NCBI GenBank assembly: GCA_026770705.1 | Contig: JANJGN010000052.1 | Span: 1,550,001 to 1,614,000 of the forward strand | Length of the DNA stretch: 64,000 nucleotides | Direction: 5' to 3' | DNA from: Isurus oxyrinchus | Lineage: Eukaryota | Part shown: positions 49,740 through 63,202 of the stretch, piece after piece | How positions within the stretch are numbered: position 1 is the stretch's first letter | Layout of the letters: the number at the start of each line of letters is the position of its first letter | The notes under the pieces: generated by a model | What the model was told of the DNA's origin: nothing | What the model saw: the letters and a program-made list of their open reading frames with translations, nothing else | Database searches by the model: none | Translations under genes and position numbers: made by a program

Positions 49740-52700
49740 TGTTTGTGCACAACCTGCTATCCAACAGAACTGAAGTTGGGGAAAATCCATTTGGAATTCC
49801 ACTGTCCAGGGCATTGTGTTAACTTGCTGAGTTTGTTTTAAATCTAACATCTATTTTTGGTCTGTTGCCTTAAAGGGAGTGTAACTGGGAGTCAGGTTAA
49901 TTAGGAATTTTAGGAGTTATTATAGCAGTCATTGTAGTCTTATGTATGTGCTTAAAATCTTTTATTTTGATGACAAATATTTTAATTTATTTCTTTAAAT
50001 CTCTAAAGGTCTTGGTGTAATTATTGCTTCTGAATTCAGTGCACACATCTCATAATAAATACAAATTGCAAAATCATTATGATCGTGTGACCAGGTTTCT
50101 CTCATGGACTTGGTCTGCCTGGCACACATCACCTGCCAAGTGATAACACTGTTGTAATATGCCTTTCAGGGACAGCAGCATGACATCACTCGAGGGGAAG
50201 TGTGTCATGTGATTTTTAGGAGTTGGGCTTGGCTAAAGGAAGTTCTCTGTGTATTTGTGTGCGTTAGGCTTAAGGTATATCTTTCAGTTCAAGTTTAGTT
50301 TGTATTTCTGTATTTGGGTGTTTTGAAAAGGGGAAACTCGAGTTTTGATTTCACTTTGGAAGAAGCCGCCTATCTAATGCGTTTTTATGACTCTTGAAGG
50401 GAAGTCAAAACAAACACAAGTTAGAAGAAACTGTGCTGTTGCCTAGTAACAGTGATCCAGAGGGAAAGACCCACAGAGACTGAAAAAGAAAGAAAACTAC
50501 TTTCAGTTCTGTTGAAAGGAGTTGCCAGGAGAAGCAGCAAAGGAGCGGGACAGATAGTCAGTCCCAAAGTAAAGATGAAGCAAAAACCATCGAGTGGAAC
50601 AGGAGAAAGGGCCCAAGAAAACCTTCTAGTCAAATCTGCAAAAGGCCCTGTTAAGTGAAGTTAAGAGTGAGGAGCAGAAGAAGGCTCCAAACATAAAGGG
50701 AGAAAGCAGCAGGACACAGACCTAAAGCAAAATAGGCTTGTGAGAAGCCAGAAGATCCTAGGAGACACCACAGGTTGGTGACTCATTACTACGGCCATGT
50801 GAAGCCATGGTGTTCCATTGACACGGCTGAGCATTGGAGAGACAGGGCGTGGAAGGAAGGCTGAATGCACGTGGCGATCCAGGGGGCAGGAACATGGGAA
50901 GGAGAGTTTGAAAAAGTGAAAGTGGACCCTTGTGGAAGGTGTCTGAGTGAAAGTGTCATGTTGGAGAAGATTCCAAAGCGAGTTCTTGGAGAGTCAGTGA
51001 GACTGGTTGGCTCACAGTGTAACAAGCGTCTGGGGTCAGATGAGGAGGGAGACTTGGCATTTGTTTCAAGTGGGTTCTGTCAGTTTCTTTAAGAATGTGG
51101 TGTCCCTGACCACAGGTCGTCTATTGGTTTACATCGACTGTGCACTTAGTGTGAACATGAGAGTATAAGATAGCTATTGTAACTTGTGTTCTACTTATGA
51201 ATCTGTAAATGTATAGGTCTGGGTGAAGGAGTAATGTAATATAGTTTGTCTTTCCTAGTTTAATAAATGTTTTATTCTTTTGTTAGAAGTTCATCAGATG
51301 ACTCCTGTGACTCTGTTCAGTAGCCGTACTGCACATTCCTAAATAAAAAATAAAAGTTAGGACCTATCAAGCTGAGTTCCACCCTGGGATCTGACTTGCC
51401 CAGTAGTAACATCAGCTGGGATGATAACACCATCCAGTCCAAGTTTCACTTTGGCCTGTGAGCAGAACACAGCTCACACAGTTTGGCCGCAGGTGTCTCC
51501 CAGCTTTCTATCCTTGTATATCTGTTCTCATGTCCCTGTTCTAAATAACTGAACCCACAATGTGTTTACCCAAATCCGTATCAGTGGCTGGTGCCTTTAT
51601 ATCATTATAAAAACACAACATGGTGATCAGCGGTGGCCAAACATTCTGGCAGCAAGATTCAGTACAGGTATGACGTGGTGAACAGCCTTAGATCGAGCTA
51701 CATGACATGAGACGACCCTCGACGCTTTGGTCAGACCACAACAGAGACACAGCATCAGAGAGGGTTGAAATCGCAGTGTACTGACTGCTCAGGAAACCTT
51801 TGAAGACACAATGATGGGAAAGAGCTCAAGTAAAGAGCTGGGGAGCAGACGGATCCCTCGTGGTGAGATTACAGCACACGGCCTGTAGGTCAGTGAGTGG
51901 GACAGTGTGTATCGCCAGGACCAGCAGCGGGTTAGCTCAGTCAGGGAAGGCGAGTGACCAGGGTGTGGGCTGGATCGATAGTGAGCGAGGGAGAGTCAAA
52001 CACACAAAAACCATTATAAAAATCAGGCCAGAGAAGTTAGTGATTATAACGGGCGGCTTCGAGATTGCTGAACAGCAAATTGAATAAAAAACAAAGACTC
52101 CATTACTCCGTGGTGTGTTCCTGCCACAACCCGTCTTCGTGGGCAGAGCTTCGGAAAAGCGCACAAAAGGGGCTAAAGCGACACTCATCCCAGGTCCTGT
52201 AGGAGAAGGAAGGTCAAAGGAATATTGTCAGAATGTCCACGAAATTCCCCAGTTTGAACTGGGATGTAGCTGACCGACTATCTGAATTCAGAATGTTTAA
52301 ACAGCGTACAGAGCTCTGGTTTCCTGATTCAGGTGTGACTGAACCAGACGAACAAGCCATAAAAATTCACCTCGTGATTGGAAATGAAGGTCTACACAGG
52401 CTGAAGACAACAGGATTAACAGCAGAAGAGCGAAAGGATCCCCAATAGATATGGACGATATTGGAAGACAGGTTCAGAATCAGGTTAAACTCCATATTCA
52501 TCAACTAGAGTTTATGTCATTTCATCAGCCTACACAATCCATAGACCACTTCATCAGCCGATGTAGAGAAAAGGGTACGCACTGTGATTTCAAACACAGA
52601 GCCTGCAGACACAGTTATTGAGTTGGCGATCGCATCCACTCCCATGGAAGCCTTCCAGAAAGATCTGCTAGATAAGACCAAAACCTATAGCATTGAAGAT

Positions 52701-55480
52701 CTACTCAAGGATCGACATAAATACAAAGTGATCCTCGCAGGTCAACGAAGCTTACAGGTCCTCAGTACAACATCAATTGTTGACACACTCACTAGAACAT
52801 CCAAACCTAGTGAGACGTGTGGAAGGTATGGCCTTCTGCAGGCACCAAGGAAATGCCCAGCTTTCCACCAATCCTGTAAGGCTTGTGGCAGAAAGGGCCA
52901 TTGACAGCGGCAGGGCACTAGAGCAAAGGCTGATGCAGCTACAAAGAGCCATGCGCTGATCCAAACAGACCCTACACAACGGGGAACCTTCAAGCAATAA
53001 GAATGACCATCCGCTATCCCATCAGGAACATATACATGTGGTGACAGACAAACCAGGAAATGGCGATGATGTGCACGGTGAGACGAGGAGCGGTGATCGA
53101 TATTCCACCTCTCACACATATCCTAACGTGGCTTGCCAATAAATTGTGGATTGTTGTCCTTAATGATCTCTCTGGGCACATCAAATAAACTGAAAATGTC
53201 CAATAGGGGTGGGATTTTCTGGCCCCACCCACTGCCAGGATTGTCCGGTCCGGCCGAAAGCCAATGGATTTATGTCTGTCCCATTCTCCCACGGCAGGTC
53301 CCACCATGACTGGGCCGCAAGACCCCGGCCTAGTGTTTGTGCAACACTTGTGCTCAACGTATTTTGCAATTGTAGAACAATTTCACACCTTTTACACCAT
53401 CAATCTCACGGAGAACAGATGCTGTCACATCACCCGCACTATTGGCCAAGATTCCAATTATCTGCCCTGAGAAAGTTGCTACGTCCCCTTTATTGGCCAA
53501 GATTGACACAGGGGCAAGTGCCAACATTCCCCTCCCCCAGCCCACCCCAGCAAATTTTCAAAGACATGTATCCAAGGACATGGAAGGCAATGAGAAACCT
53601 ACTGCTGTGTACAACACTTCACCAACTCCATGTGCAGAATCCATAGTCCTGGGGTGCAAGTACAATCAATCTTCCTGGGTGTCACAGATGTTCTACATTG
53701 TGGAGACTAAAGGCTGAGCAATTACAAGTCTACCGTCATGCGGTGACCTCACACTAGTGACAATCCAGGAATCTGTCAGATCTCACATGGGTCAACCTCA
53801 GAAACTACCCCATCACCTCAGTTCATGCCATAACATTGAAATATGCAGGAAGTTTCAACAGTATTGGCAGTTTCAAGGGAGCTGCAACATTACAGCTGCA
53901 GGAGAATGCAAGTCTGTCAATTGATCCAGTATATTTAGCACAACAGAAATGACAGCAGCTACAAGAGGGAACAGTGAAAAATTCTACAGGAACTGTGGAA
54001 ATATCATTGAAAGGTGGCCTGATTCAACTTGACCTCATCGGGATAAGCGAGGCATCTCCCAGGGAGTCATTTTTAATGGCAGGCATCGCATCATACCGGA
54101 ACATTTGTGATCCTATATTCTTCAACAACTTCATCCCTCACACATGGGCACAGATCAGACAAGTAGACTCACAAGAGATACAGTCACTGGCCGGGTATGA
54201 ACAATGACCTTGAAGTTGTTGTAGGGAAGTATGAGGCTTGTCAAGAGGATGAGCCAAGTCAACACAAAGAACCACTGATTCCACAGGAAATTCCTGCCCA
54301 TTCTTAGTCCAAAATCACATCTGAATCCTTTAATGTCCATGTCACTGACATCATCGTCATCGTCGACAGCTTTACCAGATATCCCGTTATTCAAAAATAG
54401 CACAACACACCAAGCACAACTGGTGCACACACTCTAAGCACTATTTTCAGTTTATGTGGTGAAACTAGGGACATGATTACAGATAATCTGGAATATCAAT
54501 CACACTACTTCTTCTCCTCATTACCCCAGATCTAACAGCCTAGCTGAATGAATGATTCACACAGTGAAATCCCTAATTCTCAAATGTAGACAGGCCAAGC
54601 AAGATCCACACATTGCAATGTTACATCTGAGATCGACACCTACAACTGCAACTTTGTTAAATTCATTCATGGGATGTGGGAGTCACTGGCCAGGCCAGGA
54701 TTTATTACCCATCCCTAATGTAAGAGTTAACCACATTGACGTGGAGTCTGGAGTCACATGTCGGCCAGACAATTTTGTTCCCTAAAGGGCACTGGTGAAC
54801 CAGGTGGGATTTCCAACAATGGTTTTGTGGTCATCACTAAACTTTGAATTTCATATTTTTATTAAATTCAAATTCCATCATCTATTATGACAGGATTTGA
54901 ACCCATATTCTCAGGACATTACCCTGGGTCTCTGAATTACTCATCCAGCAACAATACCACTACACCATCACCTCACCTTATTCCGTCACTGACAGAGATC
55001 ATGTTTGGTGGGCCAGTAGTGACCAATTTCGCTACTCTTACCCATTCTACTCTCTCAGAAACCAGAGGGCAACTTTTAAAACTACAAGAGAAGATAAGGA
55101 ATGTTCATGATAAAAATGGAGGTGCAGAGTTGCCAAGTTTACAGTTGGGACAAGTTCACATCCAGGATCCCACAGAAGGGTCATGATCACCAGCCGAGGT
55201 GACAAGGATTTGTTCAGAACCAAGGGCCTATGGAGTCAAACACACAAGGGCACAGCGGTGAGGTGGAACCGAGGATAAATCAGATCCATTCCCGCTCCTA
55301 TTCCATCGAGGAGATGATTCCACATGAAATCAGGAACAACATCCAAGGGTGACAATCCCACAGATCACTGTGAGCAGTTAAAGACACCTCCAGACAAGGT
55401 AACCAGCACAAGATCTGGGTGTACCAGAAGGTTAAATCCACACTTTAGAGACTCAAATATTCAACAGTTCCATACACTTA
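49740..55480 (+). mobile_element. Decayed Gypsy LTR retrotransposon (gag, protease, integrase remnants) in the unit B leader-V1 intron
   Basis: gag from 52233; protease AKIDTGASAN; integrase-like SPHYPRSNSLAE*MIHTVKSLILK...LHLRSTP. Boundaries approximate. Confidence 0.8.
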
Positions 55481-56497
55481 TGTAATTGTCAATAAATATG
55501 AACATGATATGAGAAACCGCTTGTTCCCTGTCCTTCTCAAAGATCCATTCCTGCAGCAGGAGCCTGAAGAGTTACTGATAAGAGACTTAATTTATCGGAT
55601 TGTAGAATGATCCGGAACTGATGGAAGCCATTTGGCCCATCGAGCCTGTGCTGGGCCTTTGATAGATCTGTCCAATAAGTCCCACTCTAACCTCTGCTCT
55701 CTCCCCCACAGCCCTGCAAAATGTCCCCTTCAAGTATTTATCCAGTTCCCCTTCTGAAAGTTCCTGTTGAATCTGCTTCCACCGCCCTTTCAGGCAGTGA
55801 GTCAATGGTCTCTCTCTGAGCTGCAAAGTGATAAGTTTCAATGAAATATAAACTCTGCAGCAGATCAGAAACAATCATAATAACTCAGAATATTTGACAG
55901 TTTTACATACAGACAGCTTTGCCTCCCTTCTCTCTATCAGTTATCTTGCTCCCTTATCGAATTTTCTAGCATGGTGAGAATGGACAGGAAGTGTGACGCT
56001 GAACTGCCTGTCTAATCTAAGAGCTTCTGTGTTGTCTTCATGGGAAGTTCTGATGAAAATCAGCAAGAGAGAAAAATTTCAGGGCATTGATATCGGAGTG
56101 CTTGCATCAGGATAGACTTCATCCCCCAGTTTTTATCCCTGCTTCTCTATTCAGCCGATCGCTCCCCTGTCACTCGCTGACCTACACTGGCTCCCAGTCC
56201 AGCAATGACTCAATTTTCAAAATCTCTTCATTGATTCCTTATCCCTCCATCCTCGCTCTCCACTCCCTATCACTGTCACCTCCTCCAGCCCTGAAACCCT
56301 TTGAGGTCTCTGCTGTCCTGCAGTTCTGCTGTCAGACAGGGAGTCAGTGTATATCAGTGAGCACAGGGGTGATGGGTGAATGGGACTTGGTGTGAGTTTG
56401 TACACTGGCTCACTGCTGAATCGGTTCCCTATCAGAGCTCAATAAGAATGTTCTTTTACAATTTCTATAAGTCTGTCCAAGTTGACGATGAAATTAC

Positions 56498-56537
56498 CTT
56501 GGAGAAGTGACAGGAGGAAGTAAGATTTCCCGATCAT
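56498..56537 (-). CDS. Siglec-like gene B, leader exon (MIGKSYFLLSLLQG)
   Basis: Same coding sequence as leader A; gtaatt donor. Confidence 0.82.
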
Positions 56538-57359
56538 TGTCCACTCCCAGATATTCCTTTAGCTTCTGACTCTCAAACTGTGAAAGAGAAAGGAGTTAAT
56601 GAGACCTCACCTCTTGTCCGACAGCTCTCGAGAGATCAGAACTGCTTTTAGACAATGTCTTCACAGACTAATTTGGTTCTCTGTGGGATGATAGGTGCTC
56701 TGCAGAGAGTGAAAAAGCTTTAAAAAAATAAATCAATGAAGGACTTGCATTTCTATATCGCCTTTCACCACCTCAGGATATCCCAAAGCTCATGTCCCTG
56801 CTCTTCCATCATCCCTTGAGCTAGAAAGATGTTCTGTACAACAGACTTGAGCCTCACACCCAGATCTCAATTATCAGTAGAAATCTTTCAAAGGCATCGA
56901 TCATTGGAATCTGTCTTTATAAAGTCACAACATCAACAAAGGACGGTGTTGGTGGTGGAAGTGAATTCCAATCGTTCCGTTACTTACCCAGGACCTGTCC
57001 GACTGCTCGCCTGGGGAGGAACTGCCCAAACGCTCTGCTTGGGCTGAATGACCTCTTCCTGTGCTGATCCCTCTGTGTATTTAATGAGAAAGGGTGGATG
57101 TGTCACTTTGAGACAAAATGAGGAAGTTGGATCAAAGTGACAGAGCAGCTCATGTTTTGAGATGTTGGTGAACTGTTAACCCTTTGTGTCCTGACCCTGT
57201 GGTGATATTTCTGCTCACAGGTGGACAGTCATTGACCAGGAATTTCTCCTGTGGGTCAGTGGGTTTCACAGCCAAATTCAGGAGGTCAGAACGTTGTGGG
57301 GTTCAAGACCCCATTCAGGGGACGTCTGCCCCACAGAGTAGACTGAAACTCCCCAGTGT

Positions 57360-57562
57360 CAGTACTGAGCAAGTGCTGCACTGTCGGATGGTCATTACTG
57401 AGCGATTGTTGCACTATTGTAAGGTCAGTACTGAGGGAGATCTCCACTGTTTGAGGGTCAGTACTGAGGGAGTGCTGCACTGTCAGAGGGACATTAATCA
57501 GGGAGTGCTGCAATGTTGGAGGATCAGTACTGAGGGAGTGCTGCACTGTTGGAGGGTCAGTA
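57360..57562. repeat. 33-bp SINE-derived minisatellite between units B and C
   Basis: About 6 degenerate copies. Confidence 0.85.
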
Positions 57563-57734
57563 TTAAGGTGCTGATTTACAAGACAGGACAATGGATTAGG
57601 AGCCCTCAGAACTCCCCCCATTATCACCGTCATGAATCACTAATTAGCCTAACATTCCTGTCTGCTCTTCAACACAGCTGATTGGCTAATCTGATTCAAT
57701 CTGATTGGTGCACTTTGTATGTTCATTGTCTCAG

Positions 57735-57846
57735 GAATCTCTTTGGATCCTCATTGTCTAAGTAATCTCTTTGGATCCTCATTGTTTAAGGAATCTCTTT
57801 GGATCCTCATTGTCTAAGGAATCTTTTTGGATCCTCATTGTCTAAG
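57735..57846. repeat. ~28-bp tandem repeat (ggaatctctttggatcctcattgtctaa) x4
   Basis: Four adjacent copies. Confidence 0.9.
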
Positions 57847-58633
57847 GGATTATTTCTGATCCAAACCCCATATTGTTGTATTGTTGATTCCGATGCAGCA
57901 TTGTAGACTGACTTGTCCCCAAGCTCAGCACTGACCCTACTCCAGCAGACACTGTGAAACACACTAACAAAGTGCCTCTAGCCTGAGCTCTGCATGTGTC
58001 GAGAGCAAAGACAAATATGCAAACTGAATATTGACACCTTTACACAAAGACAGCTTTACCTTCCTTCTCTCTTTCAGTTATCTTGCTCCCTTATTGAAGT
58101 ATCTAGCAAGGTGAGAATGGACAGGAAGTGTGACACTGAACAGCCTGTCTATTCTAGGAGCTGCTGTGCTGTCTTCATGGGAAATTCTGATTAAAATCAG
58201 CAAAAGACACAAATTTCATTCCTTTGCTATCGGAGTCCAAGCATCAGGATAGACTTCATCCCCCAGTATTTATCACTGTTTCTCGACTCAACACCTCACA
58301 CCCTCTGCCACTCGCTGACCTGCACTGGCTCCCAGTCCAGCAGAGCCTCGAGTTTAAGACTCTCATCCTCAATTTCCATTCCCTCCATTCCTCTTCTCCA
58401 ATCACTTTCTCCTCCAACCATGCAAACCTCAAAGTCCTCTGCTATCCTCCAATTCTGCTGTCAGACAGGGAGTCAGTGTATATCAGTGAGCACAGGGGTG
58501 ATGGGTGAATGGGACTTGGTGTGAGATTGTACACTGGCTCACTGCTGAATCTGTTACCAATCACAGCTCAATAAGAATTATGTTTTACAAAGATGATTAG
58601 CCATAAATCTGTCCGAGCTGACAATGATATTAC

Positions 58634-58673
58634 CTTGGAGAAGTGACAGGAGGAAGTAAGATTTCCTGATCAT
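58634..58673 (-). CDS. Orphan third leader exon, unit C (MIRKSYFLLSLLQG)
   Basis: Intact ATG and gtaata donor; no V exon between it and unit B. Confidence 0.65.
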
Positions 58674-59379
58674 TGTCCACTCCCAGGTATTTCATTGGTT
58701 CTCAAGCTGTGAAAGAGAAATGAGTTAACGAGACCTCACCTCTTGTCCGACAGCTCTCGAGAGATCAGAACTGCTTTTAGAAAATGTCTTCACAGACTAA
58801 TTTCATTCTCTGTGGGATGATAGTTGCTCTGCAGAGAGTTACAATGCTTTAAGAAAGTAAAACAATGAAGGACTTGCATTTCTATATCGCCTTTCACCTG
58901 CTCAGGACACCCCAAAGCTCATGTCCCTGCTCTTCCCTCATCCCATGAGCTAGAAAGATGTTCTGTACAACAGACTTGAGCCTCACACCCAGATCTCAAT
59001 AATCAGTAGAAATCTTCCAAAGGCATCAATCATTGTAATCTGTCTTTATAAAGTCACAACATCAACAAAGGACAGTGTTGGTCGTGGAAGTGAATTCCAA
59101 TCGTTCCGTTACTTACCCAGGACCTGTCCGACTGCTCGCCTGGGGAGGAACTGCCCACACGCTCTGCTTGGGCTGAATGACCTCTTCCTGTGCTGCTCCC
59201 TCTGTGTGTTTAATTAGAAAGGGTGGATGTGTCACTGTGAGACAAAATGAGGAAGTGGTGAGTACCAAGTTAGAAAGCAACTCTTTGCCTCGCACAGTTA
59301 GAAAACTGTTAACCCTTTGCGTACCAAGAATGTCGCTGAAGGGCCATCGACTGTTCACATGCTTTAAGCTCGAGGTGGT

Positions 59380-59912
59380 TGAACGGGCCTCCTCCTGTTC
59401 CTGTGTAACAGGCTTGAGGGGCTGAATGGACCTCCTCCTGTTCTTGTGTAAGAGGCTTGTGTGGCTGAATGGGCCTCCTCCTGTTCCTGTAAAACTGCCT
59501 CGAGGGACTGAATGAACCTCCTACTCCGCTTCTTGTGTAACATGCTTGAGGGGCTGTTTGGGCCCCCTCATGTTCTTATATAAGATGCTCGTGTGGCTAA
59601 ATGAGACTTCTCCTGTTCCTATGTAACTGACTTGAGGGGCTTAATGGACCTCCTCCTGTTCCTGTTCATCAAGCTCATGGGGCTGAAATGACCTCCTTCC
59701 GTTCTGGTGTAAGAGGCTTGAAGTTATAAATGGGCCTCCTCCTGTTCCTGTGTAACAGTCTTGAGGGGTCTGAATGGGCCTCCTCCTGTTCCTGTGTAAC
59801 AGGCTCGAGGGGCTGAATGGGCCTCCTCCTGTTCCTGTGTAACAGGCTCGAGGGGCTGAATGGCCTCCTCCTGTTCCTGTGTAACAGGCTCGAGGAGCTG
59901 AATGTCCTCCTC
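59380..59912. repeat. ~42-bp tandem repeat (cctcctcctgttcctgtgtaacaggctcgaggggctgaatgg)
   Basis: About 12 copies. Confidence 0.9.
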
Positions 59913-61199
59913 TCATTAAAAATAAATACTGCAGATGTTGTAAATCTTAAATAAAAACAGAAAATGCTGCATTAACTCAGCAGGTCTGGCAGCAGCTGTG
60001 GAGAGAGAAACAGAGTTTTTGCTTTGAGACTCTGAAGAAGGGTCATACGGACTTGAAATGTTAAATCTGTTTATCTCTCCTCAGATGCTCTCTTGTTCCT
60101 GTGTAGCAGGTTCGAGGGGGCTGAATGGCCTCCTCCTGTTCCTATTCAATGGGCAGTCAAAGTATGCATCTGATTTTGGACCTCAAACCCAATTCTGTCC
60201 TCAGGACATTGACAGATGGAGAGACCAGTTACAGATCAATGCAGGAGGATTATTTATTTTCCCAATCTTTTATCCAAGAATGTCATCAAACATAGAGCAG
60301 AACCAGGATCAAGGAAGTTGGTCTCTGTAATCTGAAACACATCGCACAGTCCACCCATCCACTCAGCCTTCAGAATGGATGCTAATTGTACTCTCCAAGT
60401 GTGAAAGACTAAAATTGAGGTTTATTGCAGCTATATCTCATTCTGTTAACAAAGCTGTCTCATCCATCCATCACATATTGAAGAAGGTAAACCTGCAACC
60501 AATTTTTCACATCATAATTTCCTATGTTCACTGGCAACATCAATGTAAACATGTCACGCTGAAATGATGTCCTCCCACCAGTGGTGGCACTGTAGCACAT
60601 CTGTTATCCTCTGAGCTGCAGAGAATTTCTCAAATCTCCAAACAAATTGTTTCCCTGTTTCCCAGATTGCTGTTAGTTTCGCTCTTTAGCGATGAAGTGT
60701 AAAATCCAAGTATATATCTGAAAATACATTTGATTACAAAATGCTGAGTAAATTTTGCCTATCTCCTCTGCTCCAATTATCCACCGATCCTGCATTTCCT
60801 GAAGTCTACAGTGGCTGATGAATATTCTGTAAACACTGACAGACAGGAAGGTGAATAACAGAATGAAAATTAATTCATAATCATGGACACGGGATTGAAT
60901 TTGTCCGTTCTGTCCTGGTACATCATCGAACGATATCTAAAGACATTTACAATCAGAATGGAGAGAAGGATGTTTCCAACAGGGAGGGACAATTCTGAAG
61001 GAGGATGTTCGAATTGAAACCCACAGACAATCATCCTGGATAGATCATTCCGAAGAAATTCCATCAGATTGTAACAAGAGGTTTAAATCTATTTCCTGGG
61101 AGTGAGTTCCTGTGGATATTAGGAAGGTAAGTTAGAGTTTTGAATGATTCTCCCGTTCTGTATTCTCCCCACACTGTGTGTGTCTCATTCTTGCTCAGT

Positions 61200-61316
61200 T
61201 TATAAATTCCCATAAACAGAATCCTTGGCAAAATCACAGTTTGCGTAAAGATCATCATCTGTATCAGGATTGACTCCGCGGTTAGATTTCATTTCCAGAT
61301 CCTTCTCATCTTTCTT
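61200..61316 (-). CDS. Terminal cytoplasmic exon of an upstream receptor: KKDEKDLEMKSNRGVNPDTDDDLYANCDFAKDSVYGNL*
   Basis: Acceptor tttctattacag|, phase 0; acidic-flanked YxN motifs and an ITIM-like SVYGNL before TAA. Confidence 0.75.
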   Translation of the reverse strand, partial: KKDEKDLEMKSNRGVNPDTDDDLYANCDFAKDSVYGNL

Positions 61317-61411
61317 CTGTAATAGAAACAGAAATGATCAGAGTGACAATCAGAGTGATCAGTGTTTAGTATTATTGATCCAAATCGAAAATTCCATCCA
61401 CAATAGATACA

Positions 61412-62368
61412 TTAATTATTGATACTGAACAGGGTTTGATTATTGATACTGAACGGGGTTTGATTATTGATACTGAACGGAGTTTGATTATTGATACTGA
61501 ACGGGGTTTGATTATTGATTCTGAATGGGGTTTGATTATTGATTCTGAACGGGGTTTGATTATTGATACTGAACGGGGTTTGATTATTGATACTGAATGG
61601 GGTTTGTTTATTGATACTGATCGGGGTTTGATTTTTGATACTGATCGGGGTTTGATTATTGATACTGAATGGGGTTTGATTATTGATACTGAATGGGGTT
61701 TGATTATTGATTCTGAACGGGGTTTGATTATTGATACTGAATGGGGTTTGTTCATTGATACTGATCGGGGTTTGATTTTTGATACTGATCGGGGTTTGAT
61801 TATTGATACTGAACGGGGTTTGATTATTGATATTGAACGGGGTTTGATTATTGATACTGAACGGGGTTTGATTATTGATTCTGAACGGGGTTTGATTATT
61901 GATACTGAACGGGGTTTGATTATTGATTCTGAATGGAGTTTGATTATTGATACTGAACGGGGTTTGATTATTGATACTGATCGGGGTTTGATTATTGATA
62001 CTGAACGGGGTTTGATTATTGATACTGAACGGGGTTTGATTATTGATTCTGAACGGGGTTTGATTATTGATACTGAACGGGGTTTGATTATTGATTCTGA
62101 ATGGAGTTTGATTATTGATACTGAACGGGGTTTGATTATTGATACTGATCGGGGTTTGATTATTGATACTGAACGGGGTTTGATTATTGATACTGATCGG
62201 GGTTTGATTATTGATACTGAACGGGGTTTGATTATTGATACTGAACGGGGTTTGATTATTGATTCTGAACGGGGTTTGATTATTGATTCTGAACGGGGTG
62301 TGATTATTGATTCTGAACGGGGTTTGATTATTGATACTGAACGGGGTTTGATTATTGATTCTGAACGG
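61412..62368. repeat. 24-bp minisatellite (tgattattgatactgaacggggtt), ~40 copies, intronic
   Basis: Head-to-tail copies without unique spacers. Confidence 0.97.
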
Positions 62369-62501
62369 TGTTGGGTGTGAGTTTGGTTGGGTTTGGCAGT
62401 GACTGTATAAAACATTGCAGATACAGGACTGGAGCAGCCATATCAATAACCAGGCTACTGGAGCAGCTGAGAGGCTGGGGATCCTGTGGTGTGTGACTCA
62501 C

Positions 62502-62606
62502 CTGATTCCTCAAAGCCCAACCACGCTCACAGTTTTCATAAACAGGACCTCGATATTCATCAACACGATGGTTCGATTTGATTCCTGCTTTCCCCTCGCC
62601 TCTCTT
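62502..62606 (-). CDS. Cytoplasmic exon KRGEGKAGIKSNHRVDEYRGPVYENCERGWALRNQ (phase 0-0)
   Basis: Acceptor tctctattacag|, donor CAG|gtgagt; YEN motif; paralogous to 61200-61316. Confidence 0.68.
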
Positions 62607-62669
62607 CTGTAATAGAGATGGAAATGGACAGAGTGACTATCAACATGATGTGTATTCGGTGTTGGGTTT

Positions 62670-62950
62670 GATTATTGGGGAGAGAGTTCCAGATTTCCAC
62701 TCCCCTTTGTGTGAAGAAGTGCTTCCTGACATCACCCCTGAACGGCCTGGCTCCAATCTGAAGTTCCAGCCCCCTTGTTCTGGACTCCACCCGACCCCCA
62801 CCACCCACCCCCACCCGAGGGAATAGCTTCTCTCTATCGACCCTATCGAGTGTTTAATCAGTTTGAACCCCTCAATTAGATCCCTCCTTAATCTTCTAGA
62901 CCCGAGGGAATATAATCGTAGACTGTGTGTAACCTGTCTGCATAATTTAA
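62670..62950 (-). mobile_element. CR1/HER1-like LINE fragment
   Basis: RPFRGDVRKHFFTQRGVEIWNSLP. Confidence 0.8.
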
Positions 62951-63117
62951 CCAGAAAGATGTTCTGTACAACAAACCTGAGCCTCACACCCAGATCTCAA
63001 TAATCAGTAGAAATCTTTCAAAGGCATCAATCATTGGAATCTGTCTTTATAAAGTCACAACATCAACAAAGGATGGTGTTGGTGGTGGAAGTGAATTCCA
63101 ATCATTCCGTTACTTAC

Positions 63118-63202
63118 CCAGGACCTGTCCGACTGCTCGCCTGGGGAGGAACTGCCCACACGCTCTGCTTGAGCTGAATGACCTCTTCCTGTGCTGCTCC
63201 CT
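63118..63202 (-). CDS. Candidate phase 2-0 cytoplasmic exon (K)GSSTGRGHSAQAERVGSSSPGEQSDRSW
   Basis: 85 nt, bridges the TM exon (phase 2) and the YEN exon (phase 0) in frame; strong gtaagt donor but weak acceptor; homologous to the promoter modules. Confidence 0.4.

Larger units (their letters stand above)
40880..57130. repeat. Segmental duplication unit B
   Basis: Collinear with unit A. Confidence 0.9.

Noticed and set aside
61372-62446. Three long ORFs (314-347 aa) with 8-aa repeats; superficially CRISPR-like
   Set aside because: A 24-bp tandem repeat stays open in several frames by arithmetic; there are no unique spacers and it lies in an intron.
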